Positions 30,633 through 32,000 of a stretch of DNA of 32,000 nt are shown piece by piece (position 1 is the stretch's first letter; every line of letters begins with the position of its first letter). This stretch comes from Lonsdalea britannica (GTDB lineage: Bacteria; Pseudomonadota; Gammaproteobacteria; Enterobacterales; Enterobacteriaceae): assembly GCF_002111595.1 (NCBI RefSeq), contig NZ_LUTN01000024.1, forward strand, positions 721-32,720, given 5' to 3'. The position numbers and the translations under genes are program-made. The notes under the pieces were generated by a model, which did not search any database, was not told the DNA's origin, and saw nothing but the letters and a program-made list of their open reading frames with translations.

Positions 30633-32000
30633 TTAGTCTTCTTTGCTCGAGCGACCCGCGCGGCGGCGGTCGTTTTCGGTCAGGTGACGTTTACGCAGAC
30701 GAACAGACGTCGGCGTCACTTCTACCAGTTCGTCGTCATCGATGAATTCCAGAGCCTGCTCCAGAGTCATCTTGACCGGCGGTACCAGCGTCGTGGCTTC
30801 ATCCGTACCGGAAGCACGCATGTTGGTCAGTTTCTTACCGGTCAGGCAGTTCACGGTCAGGTCGTTAGAACGTGAGTGAATACCGATGATCTGGCTTCAT
30901 AAACTTCGGCACCGTGACCCAGGAACAATTTACCGCGATCCTGCAGACCGTACAGAGCAAATGCGACCGCTTTACCCTGACCATTAGAGATCAGTACGCC
31001 GTTCTGACGCTGACCGATATCGCCCGGACGCACGTCATCGTAATGACTGAACGTGGAGTACAGCAGACCAGTACCCGATGTCATGGTCATGAACTCGGTA
31101 CGGAAACCGATCAGACCGCGGCTTGGGATAACGTAGTCGAGACGAATACGGCCCTTGCCATCCGGAACCATATCTTTAACGTCGCCTTTACGCTCGCCCA
31201 TCGCCTGCATGACGGAGCCCTGATGCTGTTCTTCGATATCCAGCGTCACGTTTTCAAACGGCTCTTGATTGCGACCGTCGATCACGCGGTTGATAACTTT
31301 CGGACGTGAAACGGCCATTTCGAAGCCTTCACGACGCATGTTTTCAATCAGAACGGACAGGTGAAGCTCACCACGACCGGATACGCGGAAAGCATCCGCA
31401 TCTTCAGTCTCTTCCACGCGCAGCGCAACGTTGTGGATCAGTTCTTTGTTCAGACGCTCAAGGATCTGACGCGACGTCACGAACTTACCTTCTTTACCGC
31501 AGAAAGGAGACGTGTTGACGCAGAAGAACATGGTCACGGTCGGTTCGTCGACGCTCAGCGCAGGCAGCGCTTCAACGGTAGCCGGATCGCAAATAGTATC
31601 GGAAATGTTCAGTTCGCCCAGACCGGTGATAGCGATGATATCGCCCGCTTCAGCCAGCGTGGATTCGATACGCTCCAGACCCATGTGGCCCAAGACTTTA
31701 CCGACTTTACCGTTACGCGTTTTGCCTTCGCTGTCAATGACAGTAACCTGCTGGTTAGGCTTAACCATGCCGCGTTTGATACGGCCGATACCGATAACAC
31801 CGACGTAGTTGTTGTAGTCCAGCTGGGAGATTTGCATCTGCAGCGGGCCGTCGCGGTCCACTTTCGGCGCTTCAACGTGTTCGATGATCGCTTCAAACAG
31901 CGGAGTCATGTCGCTGGCCATGTCGGAGTGATCCAGACCGGCGATACCGTTCAACGCGGAAGCGTAAACGATCGGGAAGTCCAGCTGCTCGTCAGTAGCA
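30633..32000 (-). pseudogene. bipA: Translational GTPase BipA/TypA, 5'-truncated by the window edge and frameshifted near 30893-30896 (or an assembly indel)
   Basis: The reading frame is open from the window edge (ATDEQLDFPIVYASALNGIAGLDHSDMASDMTPLFEAIIEHV...), colinear with E. coli BipA. Frame 1 ends [20 protein letters not shown] (stop at 30857-30859). The next frame continues (V)[65 protein letters not shown]. Changing GAAGCCAG to GAAGGCCAG restores [26 protein letters not shown]. Confidence 0.9.

Noticed and set aside
30553-30636. 27-codon + strand ORF (MKINKKSQSAFADWLFLKRDRRYRKDT) with AAGGA 7 nt upstream
   Set aside because: It is composed largely of the bipA terminator hairpin with its A/T runs, and it overlaps the bipA stop. 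It is most likely fortuitous.

Overview
This window is a conserved chromosomal core region of an Enterobacterales genome. Protein sequences and local gene order track E. coli K-12 orthologues closely, compared from memory. The overall arrangement looks Pectobacteriaceae-like, but that is inference only. Left to right: a DcuR/DcuS-type two-component pair with a CitT/TtdT-like DASS transporter; the ibpB-ibpA heat-shock operon with a sigma32 promoter and ROSE-like leader; yidQ; yidR; a DUF1471 (BhsA-family) small secreted protein; yidA; uspA and uspB; pitA; yhiN; an ACR3/BASS-type permease; tRNA-Pro(CGG) proK; eptB; ligB; the gmk-rpoZ-spoT-trmH-recG operon; xanP (yicE); yicH; yiiD(fabY)-dtd-yihX; and the 3' part of bipA/typA running off the right edge. 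I saw no transposases, integrases, CRISPR arrays, phage genes, toxin-antitoxin pairs or defence-type genes, and I find no support for a novel multi-gene system here. The strongest unusual signal is that four otherwise well-conserved genes (the dcuS-like kinase, eptB, spoT, bipA) are each interrupted by a single-base deletion in a short homopolymer. This points to either assembly indel errors or genuine gene decay. Secondary observations are: an unexplained 670-bp non-coding gap between yidA and uspA with partial cobalamin-riboswitch-like motifs (unverified); a candidate PurR operator upstream of xanP; an AT-rich 630-bp control region upstream of the DASS transporter; and some gene-order differences from E. 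coli.
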